Shown one piece after another: positions 20,715 through 32,170 of a DNA stretch of 57,970 nt; positions within the stretch are counted from its first letter, which is position 1; every line of letters starts with the position of its first letter. Position numbers and translations under genes: made by a program. The DNA is from Promethearchaeota archaeon (lineage in GTDB: Archaea > Asgardarchaeota > Lokiarchaeia > Sigyniarchaeales > SOKP01), in contig JAUVXW010000030.1 of the NCBI GenBank assembly GCA_030603385.1, forward strand, positions 1-57,970, given 5' to 3'. The notes below the pieces were generated by a model, which had not been told where the DNA came from, ran no database searches, and saw only the letters and a program-made list of their open reading frames with translations.

Positions 20715-21181
20715 TTTTCTGATATGGTTCAGAGTTATTTTTTCTTCATTAATTATTATAAAATTATTTAAAAAATATTATAATTTTTTTTTTAATTGCT
20801 AAAATTCTTAGTGTTTAAAGTCTTAAAAGACTTTTTGTAAAAATTTATGAAATCGAAAAGTTCAATCCAAAAGAGAAAACGGTATACTTATACCACTAAA
20901 ATAAGAATTGTGAGATCCTATTTTAACAATCAGGTTTTATACTAGGTTTTAAACACGTTTATTATTCAGCGATTTGCTTTATTTTCTTGATACAGTTCTG
21001 CTTCTTTTCAGTAAAATTACAAATATACTAATTATTAAAGGGGCTACCAATTGCACATATTGTCATTATTTCATTATAACTTAGAATTTTATGAGTATAT
21101 TATCATAGAAATTATCAATCCATCGTGTTTATAAAGAATAAATATGAGTATGCATTATTAATTCAGAAGGTTGTTTTCCAT

Positions 21182-21358
21182 ATGAAAAACAAATTTGCTA
21201 TTACTTATGTATCGTGGGTTATAAGCCTTTTACTATATATGTGGGTCTGCTCTGTCACTTCAGAAACCCAAGAACAATTTTTTTATTTATTGAGTATTGG
21301 GACGATGATTAGTATGGTTTTTTTCTGCACACTCCTTATGTCTTTAACAGAAAATTAG
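21182..21358 (+). CDS. Small putative two-TM membrane protein
   Basis: ATG 21182, 58 aa with two hydrophobic segments. Confidence 0.4.
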   Translation: MKNKFAITYVSWVISLLLYMWVCSVTSETQEQFFYLLSIGTMISMVFFCTLLMSLTEN

Positions 21359-21534
21359 ATTAAATTAAAAAATGATATTTTTATAAAATTGGGAATCATC
21401 AAGTAAACTGAATTTCGCTGAGTTTCTGTTAGCCTTTTCCATTTGATTCTCGTTTTCTTCCCAAGCTCTCTTATTCAAATAACTATTATTAATAATAATT
21501 ATTATAAAATTATAATCATTATTTTCTTAAAAAA

Positions 21535-22461
21535 ATGCTTGGAATAAATCTTTCCGGTTTAAAATTAAAATCTCCACTCATTTTAGCCTCTGGAATTTTA
21601 GGAGTATCTTTTTCTTCAATGAAGAGAGTAATTGACGCTGGAGCTGGTGCTATAACAACCAAATCTATTGGTCCAACCTCAAGGAAAGGATATAAAAATC
21701 CATCTATAATCGAAATTTATCCCGGAACTTTTTTGAATGCAGTTGGTCTTGGGAATCCTGGAATAGATGATTTTATCTCAGAAATAAGAGAAATTAAGAA
21801 ATATAACATTCCATTAGTTGTGAGTGTTTTTGGGGATACTAATGACGTTTACCTTTATGTAGCTACTAAGGCTGTAAAAGCAGGTGCTGATGCCATTGAG
21901 ATTAATATTTCATGTCCTCATGCTGAAGTTGCTTCAATTGGTATTGATAAGGACTTGACATTTGAAATTGTCAAATTTTTGAAAGAAAAATTAACTGTTC
22001 CTCTTTTTGTAAAATTAAACCCTAATGTAACAAATATAAGCGAGATTGCATTGGCTGCTGAAAGAGGTGGTGCAGATGGTGTTGTAGCAATTAATACCTT
22101 AGCAGCTATGACAATTGATGTTAATACTCAAAGACCTATCTTATCTCACGGAAGCGGAGGTCTTTCTGGAAAAGCAATACATCCTATAGCAGTTAAAAAA
22201 GTATATGATTTATACAAAATTCTGAAAATTCCCATAATAGGATGTGGGGGAATAGATTCTTGGCAAGATGTCGTTGAATTCTTTCTCGCAGGAGCCTCAG
22301 CAGTACAAATTGGCACAGCTTTATACAAGGGTGCGGAAATTATTACTGAAATCAATGAAGGAGTAATTAGATATCTTAACACATATGAATATAAATCCAT
22401 AAATGATATCAAAGGTTTGGCTCATCAATTTAAAACTCAAGAGGTGCCTGATTTTGACTGA
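21535..22461 (+). CDS. pyrD: Dihydroorotate dehydrogenase family 1B, catalytic subunit
   Basis: ASG, TTKS, NAVGLGNPG, EINISCPH, GGLSG, IIGCGGI, AVQIGTA. Confidence 0.94.
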   Translation: MLGINLSGLKLKSPLILASGILGVSFSSMKRVIDAGAGAITTKSIGPTSRKGYKNPSIIEIYPGTFLNAVGLGNPGIDDFISEIREIKKYNIPLVVSVFGDTNDVYLYVATKAVKAGADAIEINISCPHAEVASIGIDKDLTFEIVKFLKEKLTVPLFVKLNPNVTNISEIALAAERGGADGVVAINTLAAMTIDVNTQRPILSHGSGGLSGKAIHPIAVKKVYDLYKILKIPIIGCGGIDSWQDVVEFFLAGASAVQIGTALYKGAEIITEINEGVIRYLNTYEYKSINDIKGLAHQFKTQEVPDFD

Positions 22462-23293
22462 AAACACCATTCAAACATTAAGAGTAAGTAGAATTAAAAA
22501 TGATTGTATAGGTGTTAAAACACTTATTTTCAAAAAACCAACAGAACTAAAACCAAAACCAGGTCAATTTGCGATGATCTGGGTTCCTGGTGTAGATGAG
22601 GTACCAATGTCTATTTCGGCTTGTGATGAGGCAAGTAATTGGGCTATTACTGTTAAAAATGTCGGCGAATGTACCCAATCGTTACATAATCTAACGATCA
22701 ATGATTATATTGGAGTGCGAGGACCATTAGGTAATTATTTCAAATTACCTACGGATAGAAAAAAAAATATCTTTTTGGTCGGTGGGGGTATAGGAATGGC
22801 ACCACTTAGGTTTTTAGCCCATGATCTAAATAAATCTGGTTATAATTTTAAAATTATACAAGGAGCTAAAGAAGAAAGCGATTTGCTCTATATGGATGAA
22901 TTTTATGATTATGATCGTGAAAGTTCAGAATTTCATTTTTGTACAGACGATGGAAGTTATGGTGAAAAGGGATTCGCATCAGATTTATTTGAAACTCTTA
23001 TTAAAGATTATACACCAGAACAATTCAAGAATACCGTTGTATATTCTTGTGGCCCTGAAATAATGATGTATAAATTGTTACAAAAATGCGAAAAGCATAA
23101 CATCGAATTTTATGCATGTCTTGAGAGGATTATGAGATGTGGCTGTGGATTGTGTGGATTATGTACATTAGATCCATTAGGGCTACTAGTTTGTAAGGAT
23201 GGACCTATATTTAGCTCAGAGGAATTAAAAAAAATCGAAGATTTTGGTAAATATAAGCGAGATTTTACTGGAAGAAAAATTTCATTAGAATGA
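22454..23293 (+). CDS. pyrK: Dihydroorotate dehydrogenase electron transfer subunit
   Basis: PGQFAMIW, GPLGN, GGGIGMAP, CGP, MRCGCGLCGLC..CKDGP; TTG 22454 after GAGGTG. Confidence 0.93.
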   Translation: MTENTIQTLRVSRIKNDCIGVKTLIFKKPTELKPKPGQFAMIWVPGVDEVPMSISACDEASNWAITVKNVGECTQSLHNLTINDYIGVRGPLGNYFKLPTDRKKNIFLVGGGIGMAPLRFLAHDLNKSGYNFKIIQGAKEESDLLYMDEFYDYDRESSEFHFCTDDGSYGEKGFASDLFETLIKDYTPEQFKNTVVYSCGPEIMMYKLLQKCEKHNIEFYACLERIMRCGCGLCGLCTLDPLGLLVCKDGPIFSSEELKKIEDFGKYKRDFTGRKISLE

Positions 23294-23366
23294 ATTCCTT
23301 TTATCATTTCAAACTATTCTTAATAACAATCAAATATTTTAAGAAATATAGATTATCTTTTTTGAA

Positions 23367-24995
23367 ATGGCCCCTATAGAGACTAAGAACTCTGAAAAAG
23401 TCAAACTTCTCTCAAGAGAAATAATAGAATATTTAACTACAAATCCACAAATTTCTAAAGATAAAGTTACAAATCTTAAAGGCCGAATCGGTAAGAAATA
23501 TAATTATAATAAGGTTATTAAAAATGCTACGATTTTGGGTTATGCAACGTCAAAAGAAAAATTAATCATTACTCAAATTCTTAAAAGAAGAAAAACTAGA
23601 ACATTATCTGGTGTATCTGTCATAGCTATTATGACAAAACCACTCCCATGTCCTGGAACTTGTATTTACTGTCCAGGATCTGATTCACAACCGGGTGAAA
23701 AAGTAGCTCAATCATATACCGGTAGAGAACCAGCAGCCATGAGATCTATTCACAATAATTATGATCCCTATCTTCAAGTTCAAAGTAGAATAAAAGATCT
23801 TGAAGTTATCGGTCATGATATAGATAAGATTGAATTAATCATTATGGGCGGTACATTTTTATCAACTGATTTAAATTACCAAGAAAGTTTCATTAAAGGT
23901 GCTATTGAAGGAGTCATTGAACAACGAGTAGAGAGTTTAGAAGAAGCTAAAAAGCTTGCTGAAACCTCTAAAAGAAGAATTGTGGGAATCACTATTGAAA
24001 CGCGGCCAGATTATTGTAAAGAAAAAGAAATAGACCGGATGCTTAATTTCGGAACAACTCGGGTTGAGCTTGGCATACAAACTGTTTATGATGATATCTA
24101 TAATTTGGTCAGGAGAGGTCATACCTCAGCTGACAGTATTGAAGCAATTAGATTAGCTAAAGATGCCGGATTAAAAATAAATGCGCACATGATGCCGAAC
24201 CTGCCTAGTGCAAGTCTCAAATCTGACTTAGAAATGTTTAATTCTTTATTCTCAAATGCTGATTACCGCCCAGACATGTTAAAGATTTACCCTACTGTGG
24301 TATTAAAAGGGACAGAATTATATGAATGGTGGAAACAAGGAAAACACTTACCATATTCTAATGAAGAATTAATTGATTTACTCGCGAATGTGAAGAAAAA
24401 TATCCCTTCATATGTAAGAATCCAAAGAATTATGAGAGACATTCCCGCATATTTAATTGAAGCTGGTTGTAATAAAAGCAATTTAAGACAATTAGTACAA
24501 GAAAAATTAAGAGAGACAGATGAATCTTGTAAATGCATAAGGTGTAGGGAATATGGTATAATTAAAAGAACACAACGTGATGAAGAGAGCTCTTTGAATA
24601 ATATTAAATTATTTCGATTCGATTATGAAGCATCCAACGGACAAGAAATCTTTTTGTCTTATGAGAATAATCAAGAGAATTACTTAGTTGGATATTTAAG
24701 ATTAAGAAAACCTTCAGAATTTGCCCATAGACCTGAATTAAATGATGGAAAAACAATGATCATTAGGGAAATCAAGGTAGTAGGTGAATTGGTCCCTAAA
24801 GACATGAAGCCAAGTCGACTCTCTCAAATCCAGCATAGAGGTTTTGGGAAGTTGTTAATGGAAAATGCGGAAAAGATATCAAGTGAAGAATTTGATGTTA
24901 AAAAGTTAGCTGTCATAAGCGGTATTGGTGTGAGGGATTGGTTCTATAAAATGGGTTATGAATTAGATGGTGTCTATGTATCAAAAACTATTTAA
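23367..24995 (+). CDS. elp3: Elongator protein 3 (radical SAM + GNAT), tRNA U34 acetyltransferase
   Basis: CPGTCIYCPG, QSYTGREPA, TIETRPD, KIYPT, QHRGFG, ISGIGVR. Confidence 0.95.
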   Translation: MAPIETKNSEKVKLLSREIIEYLTTNPQISKDKVTNLKGRIGKKYNYNKVIKNATILGYATSKEKLIITQILKRRKTRTLSGVSVIAIMTKPLPCPGTCIYCPGSDSQPGEKVAQSYTGREPAAMRSIHNNYDPYLQVQSRIKDLEVIGHDIDKIELIIMGGTFLSTDLNYQESFIKGAIEGVIEQRVESLEEAKKLAETSKRRIVGITIETRPDYCKEKEIDRMLNFGTTRVELGIQTVYDDIYNLVRRGHTSADSIEAIRLAKDAGLKINAHMMPNLPSASLKSDLEMFNSLFSNADYRPDMLKIYPTVVLKGTELYEWWKQGKHLPYSNEELIDLLANVKKNIPSYVRIQRIMRDIPAYLIEAGCNKSNLRQLVQEKLRETDESCKCIRCREYGIIKRTQRDEESSLNNIKLFRFDYEASNGQEIFLSYENNQENYLVGYLRLRKPSEFAHRPELNDGKTMIIREIKVVGELVPKDMKPSRLSQIQHRGFGKLLMENAEKISSEEFDVKKLAVISGIGVRDWFYKMGYELDGVYVSKTI

Positions 24996-25194
24996 CCCTG
25001 TATTAAAAATGATAAAGAGAGATTTAAAACTCAATAAAATTTCATCCCATATTAGTTATTAGAAAAAATATAAATTTAATCTTGCTCTAAGCAAATTTGT
25101 ATTTTCTAAAAATAAACATTTATTTCTTTATATTTTTATGTACAAGATAGTATAGGTTATATAGTTTTAAAAATTTTAAATGTGATTTAGTAAA

Positions 25195-26283
25195 ATGGCT
25201 TCAGAAAGACAATTATCAAAAAAGAAAACTACTCAGCAAACAATTTCAATTTCACCAGCTCTCAAAGCTCGAATAGAGAAATATGTGAATGATAATAATA
25301 AAAAAAATCCAAAAGATAATAGATTTAAAAGTATTTCTGCATTTTATAATTATGTTCTGGAGAAAACATTGGATTGTTTTGATAAAGGCAAGACTCTAGA
25401 TGATTTTGAAACATTTATAGACAGTAAAATTCAAAACTTTTTCGATAAAATCTCTTTTAATGCTCTAATTCCGTATTATGAGAATGCTGTTAAACCTAAT
25501 AGATACACGGATCCAACTTTTGAAAAGTTGCCCTTTTTATACTTAACAATAAGAAGACTATATTTCTCCATAATGGATCCTTATGACATCAATAGTATTA
25601 AAAATGTATTTAATAGATTAAAAAATTATTTGCTTTCGAATAATTTAACAAAAGAGTCGAATTTAGATCTTTTTACAGGCAAAAGTAAAACTGATTTAAC
25701 TGGAATCTTCGAGTTTAGTGGCATTTATCGGAATTTAAGTTTCGAGAATTTCAAATATATGGCAGCAATATTCGGATTACTAGGGGGAAAAATAACTAAC
25801 GGTTTATATTTGGAAAAAGATAATTACTGTAGATTCGATCTAAAAGCCACAGATTTATTTTTCAGAAAAGATTTGGCTAAGTCAGAGAGGATGAAGCTCA
25901 TAAACTATAATATTTCTCAGTTAATCAATTATATGAGAATTATTAATGATGATGATTATTACCTATGGATGAAAATGGCTGAAGATAAAAATAATTTCAT
26001 TTCTTTTAATAATTCAGAAGCTAGAAAGGAATGGTTTGATTTAATAGAAAGAGAACTTGAAAGATTCGGCGAAAAAGAGGATTATACACTCAATATGTTA
26101 AGATTTTTTGAAAGGTTACATTGGGTCGATGTCGAAAGTGAAAGTGAAAGAGAAATAATATTTCATATTCGATTATCAGAACCTAAAAATAAGGATGAAA
26201 TACAACTTTTAAAGAAGATTCTTTCAAGAAAATCGAAAATCTCGCAAAGAGATGGGAAACATTATCTAGAAAACATAAGCTAA
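25195..26283 (+). CDS. Hypothetical protein with putative N-terminal ribbon-helix-helix (paralog 1)
   Basis: TISISPALK..RFKSISAFY; full-length similarity to the next ORF. Confidence 0.75.
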   Translation: MASERQLSKKKTTQQTISISPALKARIEKYVNDNNKKNPKDNRFKSISAFYNYVLEKTLDCFDKGKTLDDFETFIDSKIQNFFDKISFNALIPYYENAVKPNRYTDPTFEKLPFLYLTIRRLYFSIMDPYDINSIKNVFNRLKNYLLSNNLTKESNLDLFTGKSKTDLTGIFEFSGIYRNLSFENFKYMAAIFGLLGGKITNGLYLEKDNYCRFDLKATDLFFRKDLAKSERMKLINYNISQLINYMRIINDDDYYLWMKMAEDKNNFISFNNSEARKEWFDLIERELERFGEKEDYTLNMLRFFERLHWVDVESESEREIIFHIRLSEPKNKDEIQLLKKILSRKSKISQRDGKHYLENIS

Positions 26284-26659
26284 AAATAATGGTCAAGGTA
26301 TTGTCAAAAAAAAAATGAGATCTCGTCCTCCTTAACCTTGCTATTTTCCCCCTTAATTTTGCCTTTATGGTAATGTCTCCTATCAATCCCCTTGATTTTT
26401 ATTGCCTAAAATAGCCCAATTATACTTTTTCGGGGGTACTTAAAAAGCATACTATTAGGTTTTAGTTTTCAAGATCATTAATCTAGATAATTAAAAACAC
26501 ACACACAATTATAAAAAGGGCACAAATAAACTATTAGGAAAAAATGTATCTTATAAAAGAATAATTAATCAATTAATTTTTATTTTATTTGATGAAATCT
26601 TAGAAAATTGAATTTTTCAACTAATATAATTTTAAAAATAATATTTCATTTAACTTATT

Positions 26660-27733
26660 ATGACTTCAAAAAAATATCTTTCAGACAAAAAAACTTCTCA
26701 ACTAACGATATCGATATCGCCTGCCCTTAAAGATTGGGTAAAAAGATATGTAAATGTAAAACGCGGGAAGAACCCTAAAGACGACAGATTTAAGAGCATA
26801 TCAGCGTTTTATAGTTATGTAATAGAGAATATGTTAGAATTATTTGAAAAAGGGAAAACATTAGATGACTTTAGCAGATTAGAAGATAAGGGTGTTAAAG
26901 ATTTCTTTGAACCGTTCACTTTCAGAGCCACAATACCGCTTTATGAGATGGTCTCAGAATCAAATAGATATACTCACTTTACTTTAGGATTTACTACTCA
27001 CTTTATTTTAGCTTACTTTAATTTCTTAAGAAAACAATTTAAACCAGGTAGCTATGATGATCTCAAGATATTATTTGAAAGATTAAAAAGTAGAGTTAGT
27101 CTTTCTAATATTTCTAAAGACTGGAGATTGGAAATAACACCTGACGAAAAGAAGGGACCTGCTCAGGGAGTTTTAGAATTTATTGGAATGCATAGAAATT
27201 TACATTACGAAAATTGTAAATTTATGGCAGCCGTATTTGGAATGTTAGGTGTAAAAGTAACTGATTTTATATATTCACAGGAAGACTATTATGGGAGATT
27301 AGATTTAATTGAAACAGATCTTTTATTTGGAAGAGAATTAGCTAAGAGAGAAAGAATAAAGCTTATTAAAGAAAACGTAAGATTTATAATAAATTACGAT
27401 AGAATGCTTGATGATAAAGATATTTATCTGTGGATGAATTTAGCGGAAGACAACGAATTATATGTATGTTTTAGGAATAAAAGTGCTTTCAATAAATGGA
27501 TCAAAATTATTGAAGAAGATTTAACAAAATTCGGCAATAAAGAGAACTTTCTTCACAAAATATTGTTATTTTTTAGTAAAATACATTGGATACGAATTGA
27601 AAATTTGAAAAACCTCTCTTTTCAAATTGAGGACTTTATTGAAAATAATCAAGAACAAAAGCAATTCATTATGGATTATCTTTCAAAATATTCAGAAATT
27701 TCTCAAATTGATGGAATTTATTATTTAAATTAG
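26660..27733 (+). CDS. Hypothetical protein with putative N-terminal ribbon-helix-helix (paralog 2)
   Basis: Shares TISISPALK, RFKSISAFY, KGKTLDDF, YLWM motifs with 25195..26283. Confidence 0.75.
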   Translation: MTSKKYLSDKKTSQLTISISPALKDWVKRYVNVKRGKNPKDDRFKSISAFYSYVIENMLELFEKGKTLDDFSRLEDKGVKDFFEPFTFRATIPLYEMVSESNRYTHFTLGFTTHFILAYFNFLRKQFKPGSYDDLKILFERLKSRVSLSNISKDWRLEITPDEKKGPAQGVLEFIGMHRNLHYENCKFMAAVFGMLGVKVTDFIYSQEDYYGRLDLIETDLLFGRELAKRERIKLIKENVRFIINYDRMLDDKDIYLWMNLAEDNELYVCFRNKSAFNKWIKIIEEDLTKFGNKENFLHKILLFFSKIHWIRIENLKNLSFQIEDFIENNQEQKQFIMDYLSKYSEISQIDGIYYLN

Positions 27734-27908
27734 TACATAAACCGGGCGTCTTCTATACAATTTTTTTTGTTAACATTTCTTAGGCAATTCCCAATTATAT
27801 AAAAATATCCCAAAACTTTTTTGAAAATAATTATATAACTTATCACTTGATTAGTTATTGTATCTGACATTGTATAAACTAAAATTATTAAATAAGATTT
27901 GATTATTT

Positions 27909-29828
27909 TTGGAAGATTACGATTATGAAAAACTAGACCTAAAATGCGGTCTTGAAATCCATCAGCAACTTGACACAGAAACAAAATTATTTTGCAGATG
28001 CCCCGCTAAACTACAAGGTACTCGAGAATTAGACTTTACAGTAAACCGAAAAATGAGGCCGGTACTGGGTGAAATGGGTACTTATGATAAAGCAATGCTT
28101 ACAGAATACGAAAAAGGAATGAGCACTATTTATGAAGGTTACAATGATGTGGTTTGTACTTATGAACTTGATGACACTCCACCATTTGCATGTAATGAGG
28201 ATGCGAAGACGATAGCACTCCAAATTGCAATGCTCCTTGATGCGAACATTATTGAAGAAATGCATGTGTGTCGTAAAAACTATTTAGATGGAAGCGTTCC
28301 ATGCGGATTTCAACGTACAATGATACTAGGGACAGATGGTTTTATTACATTAGAAAATGGTAAAAAAATTCGAATAGATATATTGAGTTTGGAAGAAGAT
28401 GCTGCCAGGAAAATCAAAACTGAGCAAAAAACCAATTATTTTCGACTAGACCGATTAGGTATTCCGTTAGTGGAAGTTACGACCAAACCAGACATTAGGT
28501 CTCCTGAGGAATGTCGAGAAGCTGCTGAAAGAATTGGATTACTATTATGGTCAACAAAAGTAAAGAAGGTTCTTGGATCGATTAGACAAGATATTAATGT
28601 AAGCGTCAAGGGGGGAATAAGAGTCGAAATTAAAGGAGTCCAAAAACTAGACTGGATTCCTGTATTAATTAATCACGAAATTTCACGACAGTTAAAACTC
28701 CTTGAAATTAAAGAAGAACTTGAGAAGAGAAAGTTAGAAGAGAAAAATCTTAATACTTCCCGTATAGAGTTAACTCAAGCATTAAAAAAAACTAAATCTA
28801 AGTTTATAGCCAAAGGTATTCAATCAGGAAAAAAAATTTACGGGATTAACTTCAATGGATTCAAGGGCATATTTGGAAAAAAATTAATGGAGGATTATAG
28901 ATTTGGTACGGAAGTTAGTAGCAAAGTGAAATTAATTTCTGGATTAAAAGGAATTATTCATTCTGATGAAGATTTAAATAAATATAATTTTTCAAATGAA
29001 GATATTAAGAAAATCAATGAGAAACTGGGTCTCAAAGAACAGGATTGCTTTGTTTTAGTCTTAGGCTCTAAAAAAGAAGTGGGTAAAGCATTGGATGTTA
29101 TTATTAATCGAGTAAAATTTGCTTTTAAGGGTGTACCTCCCGAAACTAGAAGAGCCCTTGAAAATGGAAATACAGAGTTTTTAAGAGAACTTCACGGGGG
29201 TGCAAGGCTATATCCTGATACAGATACAGAAGTTATATTTAACCTAGAAGAAGAAATTAATGAAATAAGGGAAAATCTACCAGAATACCCTTGGGTAACT
29301 ATAAAACAGTATTCTAAAAAATATAAAACGGAAGAAAGATTGATAAAAGACCTCATTTTTACAGGAAGACTCAACTTATTTGACGATTTAATAGAATTAT
29401 ATCCTGATAATCCCTCTTTAGTATTCACAACTTTATTAGAAACTACAACTGCTCTTAGAAGAGATGGGAAAAATATGGAAAATATTACTGATAATGATTA
29501 TCTTGAAATATTTGCTCTATTAAAAAAAAAGGAAATCAGTAAAGAAGCAATTGAAGAAGTTATGAGTCTTAAAGCAGATTCTCCAGAGCTCTCTATTGAT
29601 CAGATTAAAAAGAAATTAAAAATTGAGAGTCTTTCTTTAGAAGATCTAAAAAAATTGATTAATGAGATTATAGATGATAACTCTAAACTGATAAAAGAAA
29701 AAGAAATGAGGGCAAAAGGACCATTAATGGGAGAAGTCATGAAAAAAGCTCGAGGAAAAATTGATGGTGCTATTATTTCTAAGGAATTAGAAATTGCTAT
29801 AGAAGAAAAATTAAAGGAGTTGAAATAA
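27909..29828 (+). CDS. gatE: Glutamyl-tRNA(Gln) amidotransferase subunit E
   Basis: GLEIHQQL..KLFCRCP, LEEDAARK, LDRLGIPLVE, IRQDINVS. Confidence 0.95.
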   Translation: MEDYDYEKLDLKCGLEIHQQLDTETKLFCRCPAKLQGTRELDFTVNRKMRPVLGEMGTYDKAMLTEYEKGMSTIYEGYNDVVCTYELDDTPPFACNEDAKTIALQIAMLLDANIIEEMHVCRKNYLDGSVPCGFQRTMILGTDGFITLENGKKIRIDILSLEEDAARKIKTEQKTNYFRLDRLGIPLVEVTTKPDIRSPEECREAAERIGLLLWSTKVKKVLGSIRQDINVSVKGGIRVEIKGVQKLDWIPVLINHEISRQLKLLEIKEELEKRKLEEKNLNTSRIELTQALKKTKSKFIAKGIQSGKKIYGINFNGFKGIFGKKLMEDYRFGTEVSSKVKLISGLKGIIHSDEDLNKYNFSNEDIKKINEKLGLKEQDCFVLVLGSKKEVGKALDVIINRVKFAFKGVPPETRRALENGNTEFLRELHGGARLYPDTDTEVIFNLEEEINEIRENLPEYPWVTIKQYSKKYKTEERLIKDLIFTGRLNLFDDLIELYPDNPSLVFTTLLETTTALRRDGKNMENITDNDYLEIFALLKKKEISKEAIEEVMSLKADSPELSIDQIKKKLKIESLSLEDLKKLINEIIDDNSKLIKEKEMRAKGPLMGEVMKKARGKIDGAIISKELEIAIEEKLKELK

Positions 29829-31187
29829 TTGAGCGAAAAGTTAAGAGGTTATAAAGCAGAAGGAAAAAAACTTCTAGAAAAAAATAAAATAGAAATCTGG
29901 GATATCGTCCAAATTAGAACAACAAAAACCAATTATGAAGGGATTATTTTGCCAAGAAGCGAGTATTCTGCACCCAATTTCATTAATCTTAAGTTAAAAA
30001 ATAATTACAATGTTGGAATTAAAGTTTCTGAGATTCAAGAGATCAAAAAAGTTGGAAAAAGAGAAGCGTCCTATAAAATTCCAGAGAAAGAATTTCCAAA
30101 AAATAAAAATCTCCCCAATGTTACACTATTAGGTACAGGTGGAACAGTTGCTTCAAGATTAGATTATACTACAGGAGCCGTAATACCCTCTTTTACTCCA
30201 GGAGAATTATTTAGCTCTGTTCCAGAATTGGCAGAAATATGTAATCTTGAATGTGAAATGGTTTTTGAAATTCTATCAGAAAATATGAAATATGAATACT
30301 GGCAAAAATTGGCTAAGAAAATTGAAGAAGCAGCTAATTCTGGAATTGATGGTATAATGATAGGGCATGGAACAGATACAATGTCTTTTACCAGTGCGGC
30401 ACTATCATTCATGTTAAAGGACTTATCAATCCCCGTAGTATTGGTTGGAAGTCAAAGAAGTTCTGATAGACCCTCCTCTGATGCCGCTATAAATTTAATC
30501 AACGCCGCAATCGTAGCTGGCTCTGATATCGCCGAAGTGGTTGTTTCAATGTTAGGCTCTACATCACATGATTATGGTTTAATCCATAGAGGAACTACAG
30601 TAAGAAAAATGCATTCTTCTGTAAGAGACACATTTCGGACAATCGATAATATCCCTCTTGGAATGATAAGGAATAGGAAAATAAAGATGTTTACCCAAGA
30701 TTATAAAAGAAGATCAAAATCGAATACAATAGCTAATACGAACTTCGAAAAGAAAGTCGCCCTCATATATTCATATCCTGAAATTGATAATGAATTAATT
30801 GATTTCTATGTAGATAAAGGATATAAAGGAATTGTTTTTGCGGGAACTGGATTAGGACATTTACCCACTACCCTCTATAACTCGATAGAAATAGCTGTAC
30901 AAGAAGGAATGACAATTCTCATGACCACACAAACAATTCACGGGTTCGTTGGTATGAATGTGTATTCAACAGGACGAGAATTGCTAAACCTGGGTGTTAT
31001 CCCGGGTAGAAACCTATTACCAGAGGTTGGATATGTTAAATTAGGCTGGGTTTTAGGACAAACTAGTGATCCTGAAGAAATTAAAAAATTACTACACCAA
31101 AATATCGCAGGTGAATTTATAGATAGAGAATTACCAATTGCTTTCAACTATAATATCGATCAACTTCTGGAAAACAATAAACTCTAA
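29829..31187 (+). CDS. gatD: Glutamyl-tRNA(Gln) amidotransferase subunit D
   Basis: TGGTVASRLDY, HGTDTM, GSQRSSDRPSSD, GTGLGH. Confidence 0.95.
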   Translation: MSEKLRGYKAEGKKLLEKNKIEIWDIVQIRTTKTNYEGIILPRSEYSAPNFINLKLKNNYNVGIKVSEIQEIKKVGKREASYKIPEKEFPKNKNLPNVTLLGTGGTVASRLDYTTGAVIPSFTPGELFSSVPELAEICNLECEMVFEILSENMKYEYWQKLAKKIEEAANSGIDGIMIGHGTDTMSFTSAALSFMLKDLSIPVVLVGSQRSSDRPSSDAAINLINAAIVAGSDIAEVVVSMLGSTSHDYGLIHRGTTVRKMHSSVRDTFRTIDNIPLGMIRNRKIKMFTQDYKRRSKSNTIANTNFEKKVALIYSYPEIDNELIDFYVDKGYKGIVFAGTGLGHLPTTLYNSIEIAVQEGMTILMTTQTIHGFVGMNVYSTGRELLNLGVIPGRNLLPEVGYVKLGWVLGQTSDPEEIKKLLHQNIAGEFIDRELPIAFNYNIDQLLENNKL

Positions 31188-31317
31188 AATCCTTGATTTA
31201 TAATCTGTTTTAGATGAATTCTTTATTTTCAATAATTTCTTAAATTTCATTGAAAACAATAAAAAATTTAAAGTTTAAAGAATTTAAATTTATATCCAGA
31301 AAATATCGTGAAAACAT

Positions 31318-32046
31318 ATGGGAAAACGTATACTTGCTCAACGCAAAGGTAGAGGGTCTTTACCATTCCGAAGTCCTAGCCATCGCCACATTGGAGCTGT
31401 AAAATACCGTCCATTCAAAATAAATGAGAAATTATTCAAATTTAAAGTAATAGATCTCATCCATTCTCCAGGACGAGGCGCTCCAATAGCTCGAATTCAA
31501 TATTACAATGGCGAGAAAGGATTTTGGCTTCCCCCAGAAGGAATTTTTGTAGGACAAGAATTTATACAATCAAAAACCGGATATGGCCAACCAGTAGAAG
31601 TTGGAAATATTATGCCTTTAAAAAAAATGCCTTTAGGAACTCTTGTTTTCAATATTGAATCAACCCCTCAAGATGGCGGCAAATTTGCACGATCCTCTGG
31701 AGTGGCAGCAATAGTTAGAAATAAATCTGGGAATAAAGTTGAACTCCTATTTCGATCAAAGAGAACTAAATGGATAAATGAAAAATGCCTCGCAACTGTC
31801 GGTGTCGTAGCTGGTGGGGGAAGAACAGACAAGCCCTTTCTAAAGGCAGGCAACAAGTTTCACTATATTAAATCTAAGGCAAAAAAATGGCCTGTTGTTA
31901 GAGGAGTCGCCATGAACGCTGTGTCTCACCCTTATGGGGGTGGCGCTAAGCAATCTCCGCATAAATCTACGACAACAAGTAGAAATGCTCCCCCAGGTAG
32001 GAAAGTTGGGCAAATAGCAGCTCGTAGAACGGGACATCAGAATTAA
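31318..32046 (+). CDS. rpl2: 50S ribosomal protein uL2
   Basis: MGKRILAQRKGRG, WPVVRGVAMNAVSHPYGGG, PPGRKVG. Confidence 0.96.
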   Translation: MGKRILAQRKGRGSLPFRSPSHRHIGAVKYRPFKINEKLFKFKVIDLIHSPGRGAPIARIQYYNGEKGFWLPPEGIFVGQEFIQSKTGYGQPVEVGNIMPLKKMPLGTLVFNIESTPQDGGKFARSSGVAAIVRNKSGNKVELLFRSKRTKWINEKCLATVGVVAGGGRTDKPFLKAGNKFHYIKSKAKKWPVVRGVAMNAVSHPYGGGAKQSPHKSTTTSRNAPPGRKVGQIAARRTGHQN

Positions 32047-32170
32047 GACTTTTAAATCGTATTTTCTTAAACTTAGAAGAATATAGATTCTAAATTCATT
32101 TTAGTATATAATTAAATGAGGAGAAAATTCTCCTCAACCCTAACCCTATTAGAAATGAAAAAAGAAAAAC

